63,326 nucleotides of DNA, filler included, from Globobulimina sp. (GCA_003354225.1; 46 parts of 46 records of this genome joined end to end with filler, not necessarily neighbours in it), one strand, 5' to 3'. Shown: positions 1-12,135, counted from the whole stretch's first letter. Made by a program: numbers and translations. The notes: generated by a model not told the origin, from the sequence alone.

Positions 1-1
1 G

Positions 2-649
2 GAAATTATAATCGCATGCCAATATTTGTAAATATGTAGAACCATCGCCTTGACACCCATGGAATTGATACGATGCCTCAAATAGGCGATCATTGTCACA
101 TTGCCCATACAAATATGTATTTGTCCAAAAATACGATCCAACGCCATCACCGTCACCGGATTTTTTATTACAAAATATCGCTTTTGAGGTAGCGCCATTA
201 TCATCGCAGATTGCAATCACTTCGATATCTTCTGCATAAACGGAGTGATTATAGGTACACGCCGATGCATTCACGATTGGATGTTGCCGAACCCGTAATA
301 TTTCACAGCTTGATTCTTGTTCTTCTTCTTTTGTGTTGTCGCATAATATACGATAGGGCGTGCTTACAATTCTGGTTTGGTTCGGCGTGCCCATACAATC
401 GATCTCATTGAAATCCTCCCGAAATGCGGTATAGCCGCCTACTGAATTATTGCCATAATCTGATTCTGTGGATTGAATACAATAATAACGATATGATGTT
501 TTCTGTAAATCATAATCTATCTCCGAATGATAACAAATGTCAAATGGTCTTTTAGTTGATGAGGGACTCGATGATTGATAATAATGGCTACATTTACTGT
601 ATACTGATGGAAATATGACAGCGAGTAATACTAAATGAAATCTAATCAT
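2..649 (-). CDS. Secreted cysteine-rich protein, 3'-partial (missing from the ORF track)
   Basis: ATG at 649 opens MIRFHLVLLAVIFPSVYSKCSHYY (signal-peptide-like); the frame stays open for 216 codons to the window edge with many spaced Cys. Confidence 0.75.
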   Translation of the reverse strand, partial: MIRFHLVLLAVIFPSVYSKCSHYYQSSSPSSTKRPFDICYHSEIDYDLQKTSYRYYCIQSTESDYGNNSVGGYTAFREDFNEIDCMGTPNQTRIVSTPYRILCDNTKEEEQESSCEILRVRQHPIVNASACTYNHSVYAEDIEVIAICDDNGATSKAIFCNKKSGDGDGVGSYFWTNTYLYGQCDNDRLFEASYQFHGCQGDGSTYLQILACDYNF

Positions 650-749
650 GTTGCTGCTGCTGGACTATGGTTTATATAATGTCTAACAAAGTTTGAAATA
701 TTTAAAAAAAAAACTTTAACTCCACATGTTTAACTTGCTTTAATTTTTA

Positions 750-1280
750 ATGGCAAACAAAAATTCTCGATGGTCTCAATATGAAGATGAACTTCTGTGG
801 AACTGTAGGGATTGTTCCGTCCCAGAATTAGCTGAAGCCTTTCGAAGAACCAATGGAAGCATTTGCTACAGATTGCAAAATCTACGTAATCCAGCACATA
901 CAGCAAATCAAAGATTAATGCTTCATTGTTTAACTCTAATCGGACAACGGTTTGTATTCTTCAATTCACGTTTTTATTCGTTTATTGTCAATCAAATAAT
1001 GTGTATGATAGTGTAATTCATTGTACTTCATCCCATATACAATCGCGGGATCAACAAGTGACGGAATTAATGAATAGTGGTAGCCCATGGCGAGTAAAAG
1101 ATGATATTTGTATTAAAGCAAACAGAGATTGTTCGTATCAGGCTTTAGCAAAACATCATTCTCGAACTGTTGGATCAATTAGGACAAGAATGGGAAACTT
1201 GTTTGATCCAAACCATTCTGCATCGCAAAGGTTACTTAACCCAAAGAAAGAAAAGAAAGGAAAGGAAGAAAAGGAAGAAA
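750..1280 (+). CDS. Protein with two Myb/SANT-like HTH repeats; intron 950-1011; 3'-partial
   Basis: RWSQYEDELL...ELAEAFRRTNGSICYRLQNL and PWRVKDDICI...ALAKHHSRTVGSIRTRMGNL are paralogous repeats; a 62-nt phase-2 GT-AG intron joins the two listed ORFs in frame. Confidence 0.7.
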
Positions 1281-1380
1281 NNNNNNNNNNNNNNNNNNNN
1301 NNNNNNNNNNNNNNNNNNNNNNNNTTAATTAATTAANNNNNNNNNNNNNNNNNNNNNNNNNNNNNNNNNNNNNNNNNNNN
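1281..1380. other. Artificial contig spacer N44-TTAATTAATTAA-N44 (first of 45, recurring every ~1380 bp)
   Basis: Identical 100-nt spacer at regular intervals; the TTAATTAATTAA core has stops in all six frames; contig lengths fall from 1280 to 1278. Confidence 0.99.
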
Positions 1381-2603
1381 GCTCTTGAATATATTTTTTT
1401 TGTTAATATTGTCACAAAAATACGAAATTGATACATTGTTAATCCTCTCAATAAACCTAATTTGCCTGCGACTGCTTCGTCTTTTTCATCTGCGTCTTTT
1501 TTCTCCTCTTTTACTTCTTCTTTAATCTCAACATTCAAAGCGATATTTGTTTGTTTTGCTTTTAAATGTTGCAATATATCCCATTCATATTCTGCTTTTT
1601 TCTCATCGTCGTTATTCGTATTAAACTCTCGAAACTGTAACATAAATTTTGCATTTTCTTTTTTATCTAAATCTGATTTCCATGTAATAACCGCTTCGTT
1701 TTCAATAAACTCAATTTTTGTAAAACTAATGTCCGCATCAATAATATTATCAATTTGCTGCATAAATACTTTAAAAGTTTGCGTTTCATTCGCATCGTAT
1801 TCAATTTTCGTTTCTGTCGGCAATGACATATCTTTATCTAAATATATTTTATATTTTACTAAGCCTTGCTGTGACCCGTCAATATGTTGTGTGACAGCAC
1901 CATGTTTTCTGGAAATATCTAATTTTTTATCATTTAATAATCGCTTAAATTCTTCATCTGATTTTTCTAAATGTTGTAATGCTTCATTTGCCACAACCGA
2001 TTCATTTTTAATCATCGACAATTTGCCATTTGTGACCGTTTCTAATTTATGTAATGTAATATTCTGTTGATCCTTCATTATATTTGACAATGATTCATAA
2101 TATTCGTTGATTTCAGATCTAATTGTTTTTGTATTTTTGTATATATCTTGTGTGGCAACTTCTAATTTGTCAATATTATGCTTGACCGTATCCGTGTTTC
2201 CTTGGAGTGCCAAGAGATAATTGTTGTGTTTTTCCGTCAACACAACAAAGCCCGATGCACCAGAACCGGAAGGATGTTTTTGAACGCCCGAACCATCAAT
2301 GTCACGAAATTGGTTTACAATTAAACCAACTCTGTAATTCTTAATTCCTAAATCTTCTTTTAAACACGACTTCAAATACTCTTCACTCAATTTATACAAC
2401 GTGTCATAATCAATGCCTTCTTCATCTAATTTCGCTTTGACTTCTGTCACATGTTTGGCTTGTTTTAAACATGAATTTAAAAATACAGTCAGTTTATCGC
2501 CCTCTGCGTCCTGTTATTATTTTGAAATTATAATATGTGTTGATGGGTGTCATAGGTGAGCAAAAGAGAAACAAGATACCATATTATCAGTCGATGAAAA
2601 CAT
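1381..2603 (-). CDS. SAM-like + coiled-coil + FN3-like protein; intron 2579-2511; 3'-partial
   Basis: Exon MFSSTDNM splices in frame to the 373-aa ORF; SAM-like DTLYKLSEEYLKSCLKEDLGI, long heptad region, FN3-like ITW...LRGLTMYQFRI. Confidence 0.6.
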
Positions 2604-3294
2604 GCAATTCCTTGTTGCAAAGTGATCAAAAAACTGTGCAATATTTATTATTTACAAATTNNNNNNNNNNNNNNNNNNNNNNNNNNNNNNNNNNNNNNNN
2701 NNNNTTAATTAATTAANNNNNNNNNNNNNNNNNNNNNNNNNNNNNNNNNNNNNNNNNNNNAGAATAGGAAAAATATATTTTCACATAAACTAAGAAATAA
2801 TGCACCACGATTAGTGGATGAATTGGTTGATGTACAATTTCCTGATCAATCTCCACAAATACAAGCAGAGACACATAGTGCGCAACCCATTGGAATCGAT
2901 GAATTGCAATTACCAAATGCGCACGCACAGATTATGTGTATTTCGCATAGTTTCCATGAAGATGTCCGGGAGCATAAACCGAATCGTTTACCATTCAGAC
3001 ACGCTGTATCCGACAATCCAAAGAGGTGTGTTTTGTGTGTGGTATTTTGACTATTTTCGGATATGTGTTGACCTAAAAACGTTTTTCATATTTATATGTT
3101 CAGGTATTTATTCACTCGAAAACGTTTTTGTAATGTTTGATATATATTTGTTTACAAAAACGTTTTTTATATTTATGTTTTCGGAAATTTGTTTGAATAA
3201 AAACGTGTATGTATTTAGTTCGGATGTTGGTGGGTATAAAAAAAATAAAAATAATAAATTTTCGACACCAAAAATATCGCATATCGCAGCAAGA

Positions 3295-3645
3295 ATGAGT
3301 GCGCGACTTAGTTCATTCGGATTATTTATTAGTAATAAAGCATCCGTTGAACCTAATCTTGAGACAAATTTAGCAGAAAACATTGACGAAGAAACTAAAG
3401 AAAATCTGAAGAATAATCCTGCACCGAAACCAAAAGAAGTGGGATTAAAAGATTTTGTACATATTGTAAATGAAATAATTTTGGTTGTACAGTCGTTAAA
3501 TCATCAATCGATATCCAGATGGAAGAAAACCGAACAATTCCTAGACTTAAAAGAGAAAATCGATTTGAATCTGTTAGCATCGCATGTTTCCAGTCCAACC
3601 ATCGTAAATAGTGCGACTATGACAAACACTCCATCTTCGAAATGA
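3295..3645 (+). CDS. Hypothetical protein (only the 3' part of ORF 2818-3645 looks coding)
   Basis: MSARLSSFGLF... has protein-like composition; the upstream part overlaps AT-rich AAAACGTTTT repeats. Confidence 0.3.
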   Translation: MSARLSSFGLFISNKASVEPNLETNLAENIDEETKENLKNNPAPKPKEVGLKDFVHIVNEIILVVQSLNHQSISRWKKTEQFLDLKEKIDLNLLASHVSSPTIVNSATMTNTPSSK

Positions 3646-4251
3646 AATAATAAATGTTAACGTTGTCTTAGTATTATTTATATCTCGTTTTTGTTGCTTT
3701 TGTTTTTAATTTTATTCGTTTATTTTAACGTGTTGTCTTATCCTTAGATAGATATTGTCATTTCTTCGAGTAATCTGACAGTATTGTTTTGATTTTTTTT
3801 TGATGCTTTTTTTTTCTTGTTTAATTGATACAGTAATTCAAAATATAATATAAAGAACCTGTTGTACTTTTTGTCAAAATCTGTATCAACCAATTCGTGT
3901 ATATTCTGTATCCCTGGGACCAGTAGAGACCTCTGGTACCAGTCACATGTCCTGAAATAGGGTGGAAATTTTACCTTTAGCTGCGCATAACCGTCAAGGG
4001 AGTTTTGTATATTTCTGAAAATTATATTTCACTTCCACCCNNNNNNNNNNNNNNNNNNNNNNNNNNNNNNNNNNNNNNNNNNNNTTAATTAATTAANNNN
4101 NNNNNNNNNNNNNNNNNNNNNNNNNNNNNNNNNNNNNNNNTTTGATACATTTTTATAAAATGGACTGTAAAACTGCAGTAAAGGCAATTCATGACAAAAA
4201 ATTCCCAGTGTTAACAAATAACAGTTTTATTAAGCAAATAATTAAATTTGA

Positions 4252-5184
4252 TCAATGACTTCTTCCTAACACATGATCCCATGGATACGCCTTTTGATAT
4301 TTTGTGGGTAATAATATTTTACATTGAATTATGTCATTCAGATCGCATCCCTCGCCATAATATTTTAAATCCATTTTGGCAGATCTTTTCATACAATTTA
4401 CAACATCGTCATATTGCCCTAAATGCAATTTGGATTCGGCCACTTTCATATAGGCCTGCGATAAAAATGGCGGGTATCCATTAAAATGTTTCTTTAAAAT
4501 ATCAACCATTTTAGTACTACATTGCAATATTTTATCAACATTCATTTGTTGAAAGCATTTTTCAATCTCATTTTCTAAATTTTTATATTTTTTTCTAAAC
4601 TCATCGCGTTTCTTAAAATTTATACATTCATTGCATTTACATATAAATCCATAATTATCCGCAATATATTTCTGTCTCTTTGGGTGATCAGACATAAATA
4701 AATCCAAATCAATGTATGAATGTGTTATTTCCTCTCCTTTGCTAATACCAAATAAAGCAATTATTTTATTGATATTTGCACCATTCTGAGTATGACCAGC
4801 CCCATCCACAAGAATTGAGTTAGGAAAACACGAATGATTTATCCTGGAAATAGTTAAAAATAAACCAGATTCATATTGCTCATCATCAGTAAACATATAA
4901 GCATTGGTTCTATAAACACCAACACAATGATTGACTTTATTGCTATCATTCACATTGTCATGCAATTCCAACACTTTTTGTTTGTCGTCGTTTGTTAACA
5001 ATTCAAATTGTTTATTAATGCATTGCTCTGAACTTTGACCATTTCGATATTGTTCTTTAGGTAAATTAATGATAGATTCTTCCAAAAGTATTACAGTTCC
5101 CGATGGAATATCTGTTAATGCAAACATTGCAAATCCTCCTCTCTCATTATCAACAAATTTTATTTCAAATAGTGACTCATTCAT
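4252..5184 (-). CDS. SET-domain (SMYD-like) lysine methyltransferase with C-terminal helical/TPR region
   Basis: GGFAMFA..DIPSGTVIL, SRINHSCFPN, GEEITHSYID, post-SET YGFICKCNEC. Confidence 0.92.
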   Translation of the reverse strand: MNESLFEIKFVDNERGGFAMFALTDIPSGTVILLEESIINLPKEQYRNGQSSEQCINKQFELLTNDDKQKVLELHDNVNDSNKVNHCVGVYRTNAYMFTDDEQYESGLFLTISRINHSCFPNSILVDGAGHTQNGANINKIIALFGISKGEEITHSYIDLDLFMSDHPKRQKYIADNYGFICKCNECINFKKRDEFRKKYKNLENEIEKCFQQMNVDKILQCSTKMVDILKKHFNGYPPFLSQAYMKVAESKLHLGQYDDVVNCMKRSAKMDLKYYGEGCDLNDIIQCKILLPTKYQKAYPWDHVLGRSH

Positions 5185-5520
5185 ATCGTTTTTGCGTTTG
5201 TTCCTTGAAATTAGCTATCATCAAAATTAAATAAATGATGAATCATAAAAAAAAAATGCAAATCGAAACTTTGAGATTTGAAGGCTTTATTAATGCTGTT
5301 ATCTCAGTATCTGATGCTTTGTGCTCCTGCTTGCAATCAGTATCATTATTGAGAGCATTTATAATCTGAATTGGATACCGAGCTTGTTGCCATTGAAAAG
5401 GACCTATAACCATTGCTTTCNNNNNNNNNNNNNNNNNNNNNNNNNNNNNNNNNNNNNNNNNNNNTTAATTAATTAANNNNNNNNNNNNNNNNNNNNNNNN
5501 NNNNNNNNNNNNNNNNNNNN

Positions 5521-6507
5521 ACATTGGCTGATATTTTTATGAATATTAACGAGAATGGTTTATATATTGGCTTGTATGATGAGTATGAATTGAATACTGA
5601 TAATATTATGGTTGGTTTTAACAGTATGGACTCATTGATTGCCTTTCCATTTTTTGTGAAACACGAAATTGAGTCTCCGCCAACAAATAATGAGCAATTG
5701 CGACGATATTTGGAAGCGTATCTTAATGACACGACACAAATTGATTTGATTCAAGACGTATATTATCAAAGCAGTGATTATGAATCGTATTCATATTTTA
5801 ATGAATCAATCACAAATTATTCGATGTTATGGAACTCAATGAATGCGGATGTTTGTTATATTTGTCCTGGAATGCAGTTCACGCAGTTATTAGAGGAAAA
5901 CGGTGAAAATGTGTATTTGTACAATTTTGTAGGTCCGTCCTATCCATACTATGTGCCGCATGGTGGAGAGTTACCATTTCTTTTCAATAAATCGGCAGAT
6001 GCTTTACTTGTATTTGGAACTGAATGGAATTATCAATTGTCATATTTTATGACAGAAACTTGGAGAAATTATGCAATTTACGGCGTACCGAATTCGACAG
6101 TTTTCCCACGTGAATGGAATCCATTGTGGATGGATGGGACAGCAATAACCATTCAAGATAATAATGGAATCATTCAACAAAATTACATTGCAAATTATAG
6201 AAATGGAGTGTGCAGTTTTTGGATGAATGAAGTTGGAGTGCACATTTCATCCAATTTATGTTTACAAACACGTGCACCAGCTAACAGGAGTACTCCCGTG
6301 AGTACTCCTAACAGTGATGATGATGTAGAAATTAGTGGATTTACACTGGAAACATGGATGATTGTGACTGGTGCAGTGGGTATTTTAGCCATTGTTGTTG
6401 TGTGTTTTGTTGCGGTCGTAGTAATGATGAAATGTTGTAAATCAAGTAAGGATGAAGGGGAATATTCTGTATTGTCTAATGAAATGCCAAAATATGGCGC
6501 AACATAA
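5521..6507 (+). CDS. Type-B carboxylesterase/cholinesterase-like, C-terminal half with membrane anchor; 5'-partial
   Basis: ADVCYICP, VYLYNF, VPHGGELPFLF (catalytic His motif), W.NYA..GVPN, then a TM helix and short tail. Confidence 0.88.
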   Translation, partial: TLADIFMNINENGLYIGLYDEYELNTDNIMVGFNSMDSLIAFPFFVKHEIESPPTNNEQLRRYLEAYLNDTTQIDLIQDVYYQSSDYESYSYFNESITNYSMLWNSMNADVCYICPGMQFTQLLEENGENVYLYNFVGPSYPYYVPHGGELPFLFNKSADALLVFGTEWNYQLSYFMTETWRNYAIYGVPNSTVFPREWNPLWMDGTAITIQDNNGIIQQNYIANYRNGVCSFWMNEVGVHISSNLCLQTRAPANRSTPVSTPNSDDDVEISGFTLETWMIVTGAVGILAIVVVCFVAVVVMMKCCKSSKDEGEYSVLSNEMPKYGAT

Positions 6508-6930
6508 TTTTTTGTATTCGTATATTTTATGTATTACTATTTTTATTTTTTTTTCTTACTATATAGCTATATTTGTAATTATATAAATAATATAATTTGA
6601 TCTTCTTCAAAACGATACATGAAAAGTAGACATGAAAAGTAGCACTTTACTTTTTCCATGAATTTGCGCAATAAATGAGTGAAAATAGGCACTTATTATT
6701 TTAATTTTACAAACAACACAAGAAAGACAACAAAACAGTCAGAAAATTCGCCATACAAAAAATTAATTGCTTGTGACAATAACAAAAGAAAATAATATAA
6801 NNNNNNNNNNNNNNNNNNNNNNNNNNNNNNNNNNNNNNNNNNNNTTAATTAATTAANNNNNNNNNNNNNNNNNNNNNNNNNNNNNNNNNNNNNNNNNNNN
6901 TTCATACATTTCATTTTTATTCATTTTCAA

Positions 6931-7521
6931 TTACCATTTAATAATTTCACACAAATTTTTTGGTAAATATGATCTTGAAATAGATATTTTCTTTGCTTCT
7001 GTTTCTAATGTCAATGGACAATAATTATTATAATTCTTTGATACGAAATAATCAATGATATTATTTTTATAATTAAGAGCCATTTGCTTCATACATTTAT
7101 TAATATTTATCGTCTCCCACAATGTATCAAATATCCATTTAAATAATTTTTCAGAGATATGATTACGTCGATTATATGTTGGTGTAATCCGTGTCGTTGG
7201 TATGAATACAATAATATTGGCAGTACATCGATTATAAATATCAGGATTAATAATTTTAATATTTTCAATATCATATAACAAAGAAACAGGATCTGAATCA
7301 TGTTTAATACATTGAATAATATCATATTTAACTATTTTTATATGATTTTTATCAAAAACATGGATCTTTTTGCTGTATAATATGACCCAATCACAATATT
7401 CACAACTTGGATGATGATTTTTAGCACATATTAATGCAAAATATAAACATGGACTTGGTTTTATTAATGATAATTGATATCCATATTCATTCTCATAGTA
7501 TCGAAACCAATTACTATCCAT
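6931..7521 (-). CDS. Hypothetical protein
   Basis: Intronless ~190-aa ORF in very AT-rich DNA; no family recognised. Confidence 0.5.
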   Translation of the reverse strand: MDSNWFRYYENEYGYQLSLIKPSPCLYFALICAKNHHPSCEYCDWVILYSKKIHVFDKNHIKIVKYDIIQCIKHDSDPVSLLYDIENIKIINPDIYNRCTANIIVFIPTTRITPTYNRRNHISEKLFKWIFDTLWETININKCMKQMALNYKNNIIDYFVSKNYNNYCPLTLETEAKKISISRSYLPKNLCEIIKW

Positions 7522-7560
7522 ATATCATTACACAAAAAATAAAACAAAAAAAAATAAAAT

Positions 7561-8180
7561 TTATCTCAACTTTTTATTATTTTTATCAACATCTTCATTG
7601 CACTCATCGCCACTGTCCACAGCAGAATCATTTAAACCATCACCATCCATATCACTCAAACCATCAAACGCAAAACAATCTAAGTTGGTAATATTATTTG
7701 TTGGCTTTGTTTTTGACTCAGTAATAAAATCAATATTATTAATATTTCCATCCGAATCATTCATGTCTAAATCTCGCAAAATATTACATTCATAGTCAAC
7801 CATATCCTGATTAGCCATATCCGAATCAGGCATATTCGAATTAGGCATATCCGAATCAGTCATATCTGAATCATCCATAGCAATATCAATACCGTTATTA
7901 TTCATTATAACCGGAGATAAATTAATATTTTTATTATTTTCAATAACTGGTGCAATTCTTTGTAAATGTTTTTTAGTTTTTTCTTTTTTCATTTCTTTTT
8001 CAATTAATTTTCTCGTTTTTTCATACCATTTTTTATGACTCGCTGATTTTAAATGTTGTATAAATTTATAAGGTTGCGGTATTTGTGTCTTCCCTCCCTT
8101 TTTTTTACATTTCTCCCCTTCATTACATACCAAATATTTTACTTTATCCATTATCTCAACTTTCATATTTAACTCAATCT
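7561..8180 (-). CDS. Hypothetical protein with C2H2/U1-like zinc finger and DSDM repeats; 5'-partial
   Basis: CNEGEKC...FIQHLKSASHKKW; 15-nt tandem repeats encoding DSDMx. Confidence 0.55.
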
Positions 8181-8280
8181 NNNNNNNNNNNNNNNNNNNN
8201 NNNNNNNNNNNNNNNNNNNNNNNNTTAATTAATTAANNNNNNNNNNNNNNNNNNNNNNNNNNNNNNNNNNNNNNNNNNNN

Positions 8281-8867
8281 ATTGGCAAAATTATAATTAT
8301 GAGAAAGAAACAAATCCAAAATCTTCTCTGCAAGAAAACGTTTGCAAATTTATCCGATATATCGGGAAACATAAATATTATAACTTGCGGCATTAAGTCA
8401 CCAATAATTATCAAATGCGAGCAACACCCACAAAATGTTGCTAATGCAATTGTTAAATCAGATATTAATTGTAATTGGGGAATAGTTACACTGCTAAGAT
8501 TAAAATAAGACGCTGACAAAGATTGCGTCGAATTATTGTATATTATCGCTGCGGATGCTTGTAATTGAAACGTAAATGCACTAATTACACCACATACAGT
8601 TAATAATACAATGGAGGATAACCATCCTATTTCATTCACAGCATACGCTAATCCTAAAATTCCTGCACCAACTAAACCATTGCATAAATTTATAATTGAT
8701 GATAATATAGTCGCTTTTTGCGGACATTGTTTCAATTTGGATGGCGTTGTATCAACTGTTGAACAATTATTTCCTATGTCTTCTAAATTACTGAATAATG
8801 AATCGTTGGTAATTCCACTGGTGTTGAGTTTGGTATCTCGTGTAGTGAATGAAATACTGAAATCCAT
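8281..8867 (-). CDS. Amino acid transporter (Aa_trans, SLC38/AVT-like), N-terminal part
   Basis: ATILSSIINLCNGLVGAGILGLAYA...GW and HLIIIGDLMP; probable ATG at 8867 (MDFSISF). Confidence 0.9.
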
Positions 8868-9420
8868 GACAGCCAAACTGAGCCAAAGCCAAAAATGCTT
8901 TGTCAAACATGAACCTTCAAATTAATTCTCATTTTAATGTTTGTATTTATCTCTTGTTATCAGCATCTCCCTGGTGTGCGTGGATGATCTAAAAGAAAGT
9001 ACGGGGAAAGTGTATGGGAAAGTGTATGTGGGAAACAATTTGTGATTTATTGATTGCATATAAATAAAATGTATCATTTATATATTTATCAAAATCATTC
9101 TTACTTTTTTCTAAATAATTATTAATGGATAAATCAATAATATCGACATATATCTACATTGCTTACAGTGCCGTACTTTCAACCAAACACATCTACATTT
9201 CAATGTGGTTATGGTTCGTACGATGGAAATAAATGTTTTGCAATGAACATTCAAACACTTGCGACAATCAATTAAAATTAATGATTTTCCGATTGGCACA
9301 GACATCCGCAGCTGCGTACGTTACAAACGATAATTTTGCAAATTTACCAATTATGATACAAATTTGTATACATTATCAAGTTATTATTACTCTGTACGAA
9401 TACCTGATCATTACCAAACT

Positions 9421-9560
9421 ATGAATATCACTGTGTTACCAAAAGAATTATTAACAAAATGTTGTCATTACTTGCGTGAAGATGACATTTTTAAATTTTC
9501 GACAGTAAATAAATATTTTAATACAATCGGCATGGATAAAAATGCAATGAGTCAACTCAG
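9421..9560 (+). CDS. F-box protein, N-terminus only
   Basis: MNITVLPKELLTKCCHYL...FSTVNKYFN fits the F-box consensus. Confidence 0.75.
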
Positions 9561-9732
9561 NNNNNNNNNNNNNNNNNNNNNNNNNNNNNNNNNNNNNNNN
9601 NNNNTTAATTAATTAANNNNNNNNNNNNNNNNNNNNNNNNNNNNNNNNNNNNNNNNNNNNTCATGTTGTTGTGCAATATTTGTTTTATTAGAATTCACAT
9701 CCACTCAAAAAATTTTTACGTTAAAAGAAAAC

Positions 9733-10940
9733 ATGTCTGCGTCTGAATCCAAGAGCGCCAAAAAGAAGAAAAAGAAGACAGTTTTACGGGTTAAACGTAG
9801 GTTTGCTGATATAGACGCTGTAGATACAATTGGTGTGTAACTGAGCAAAGTATAATTTACATTTTCGTTATGTTTGTAATCCTTGCACCATACACAAATA
9901 AACCAGTTTTATCTCAACCATTACCAAAAAGACAAAGAACTATTCCATGGAATGAATTGACTGAATCATTTGATAAAAAATTAAAAATTATTAACAGTGA
10001 TAATAATGAAACAAAAACAGACAGCGATAAAACGGCAAATTTTGATTTTGATTTTGATTTTAACGACAAAACAGAACATAAGAGACAAGTGTTTCGATTG
10101 ATTTCTTCTGATTCGATTTCACGAAGTTTTCAGCGAAGCAATTTTAATGAAAAATATTCAAAAAATAGGAAATCACAAATATTAAAACAACGACGATCAA
10201 ACAGACAAAATTATTTTGAAAAAATTGAAAAAGAAATAAAAGAAAAAACAAATACAAATGCAAACATATTGCAACATGAAGACTTTTGCAGTGATAATGA
10301 TAAGAATGCAGTTGTAACCAATAAAAAAAGCAAAACAAATAATAAAAATATTAAAATGATTCAAACAAAGTTGTTGAAGAAACATAAATTTTGTCGCAGC
10401 ACAAAAATTGTGAGCAAAAAAGAAATAAAAGATCACCAAAATAAGTTAAAATTAAAAAATAAATCATCAAACAGCCATTTCAGTGATGACTGGAATAATA
10501 ATAATTTAATCGCAGTTCATCATAACGGAGAAACCATAAAAATGAAGAACTTTATCAATGAATATGAGTGTTTCAATGGTTATTCACCAAAAGAAAGCTT
10601 CCGAGGAATAAATATAATCGATATTGATGATGGATTACCCAATGACGATCATAATGGATATGACGAATATGATTATTATGAATTAGACGAAGAAGCAGAT
10701 GCTGATCAAGTTCTTGCCGCCATTCAAACGAGAAAAGCAATCAAACAAAAACAAGAAATAAAAGAGAATGAAAATGAAAATGCAAATAACAAATTGGATT
10801 TAGAATGGAAGCTGGAAAAGATAAAAAATAAATATTTAGACAAAAAACATTTTGATCTGAATTATGAAGGACCGTCATTTGGATTTAAACATTGTTCAAA
10901 AGAAAGCGAGCAAGCCCGACACATTGAGATTGAGACAAAT
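9733..10940 (+). CDS. IWR1: IWR1/SLC7A6OS-like RNA polymerase II nuclear import factor; intron 9833-9906; 3'-partial
   Basis: The spliced N-terminus TVLRVKRRFADIDAVDTI-VLSQPLPKRQR resembles the IWR1 motif VLRVKRKR..EP..ALVL..KR; later VFRL and YDEYDYYEL motifs. Confidence 0.6.
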
Positions 10941-11040
10941 NNNNNNNNNNNNNNNNNNNNNNNNNNNNNNNNNNNNNNNNNNNNTTAATTAATTAANNNN
11001 NNNNNNNNNNNNNNNNNNNNNNNNNNNNNNNNNNNNNNNN

Positions 11041-11987
11041 TGCGCCAAGTAACCGACTGTCAAACCAACCAAACAATAAATAGACAACGCAGCAAATCCG
11101 CCGTGAAACCATGCCAGATTTAGACCAGCAATGGCTTGTAATTGTGTGGGTAAATAAGAATATCTGTTACATCCTTCGTGAGAGTCTTAAAAAATTGGAC
11201 GAAAATGTGTTTCTATGTACATGTGTAGAGAGCAAATATAATATAATATAATAATTAGTGCGAAACCTCGAAAGTGCATCACAGGCTCTGCTACGCCGTA
11301 GAAATACAAACCAATTCCATAGCCAGCACTGAAAAGCATTGAAAACCAGGAAACCATGTTATATTTTGGCTTTTCGTTCTTTTTGCCCAATTTAATTTGA
11401 CTGTATTCGGGATGCCAAGCTAAGAAAACCATAAATATTGGAAAGATGCATAAGCTGCCAATGTATAACCAACTGAATGTTTGGATGATCCATGTCTGGA
11501 TATTCCACAATATGTCATACGAATTTTCATCAAATAAACACCAAAAAGTAAATCCCCAAATTACAATGGTTGATGCAATAAATACCTAATTATAAATAGT
11601 ACGTACAATATATAAAATAATACGTATACGTACACTTTAAATAGAATTAACTTTAGGATTTAAACCGTAACGTATTGTAAAGTGGCCACAACCACATGAT
11701 CCACCACACCATGACCCATTATTTTCTTGGTTCTCTATATCTTTTTGCTTTGAATCTATAACCTTCAAATTTGAATCGACACTGCTACATTTCGAATGTG
11801 TGGATGATGCCACATTGTGGTATTGTTTGGTAGGAGATAGTTTCTGTGATTGTAATATGGAGACATCATTTTTTAACGCATTAATCTCATCTCTTAATGT
11901 CTGCATTTCTTGTTGCATTTTCAATGTAGCTGACTCCTTATTAATTTGTGACAGTTGGAGTGTGTCTGGCGGTTCTTCGTCCATCAT
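11041..11987 (-). CDS. BCCT-family (betaine/carnitine/choline) transporter; introns 11651-11586 and 11266-11186; 3'-partial
   Basis: LNPK|VFIAST, FSWLYIGS, IKLG..NEKPKY, SWFSMLFSAGYGIGLYFYGVAEPVMHF; both GT-AG introns restore the frame. Confidence 0.92.
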
Positions 11988-12135
11988 ACAACTAATTAAA
12001 AACGATCGAATGTTTTATTTATGTTAAAAACACCACTAGGCGGCGCATGGCAGCTTGATCTGTTACGTTTCATGCCACATATTAGACATTTGTCACGTCA
12101 CAAAATATGGGTTTCTGTCACGTAGCATTTGTTTT

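Noticed and set aside
1325-1336. Regularly spaced TTAATTAATTAA as a CRISPR-like or biological repeat
   Set aside because: It is embedded in N runs and is an assembly linker; ORF ends reading X..LIN are artefacts of it.
1462-2070. Long antisense ORFs (also 20261-20557, 24186-24557, 28176-28772, 46309-46749, 51341-52358)
   Set aside because: They are shadows of real genes on the opposite strand, with S/F/L-biased composition.
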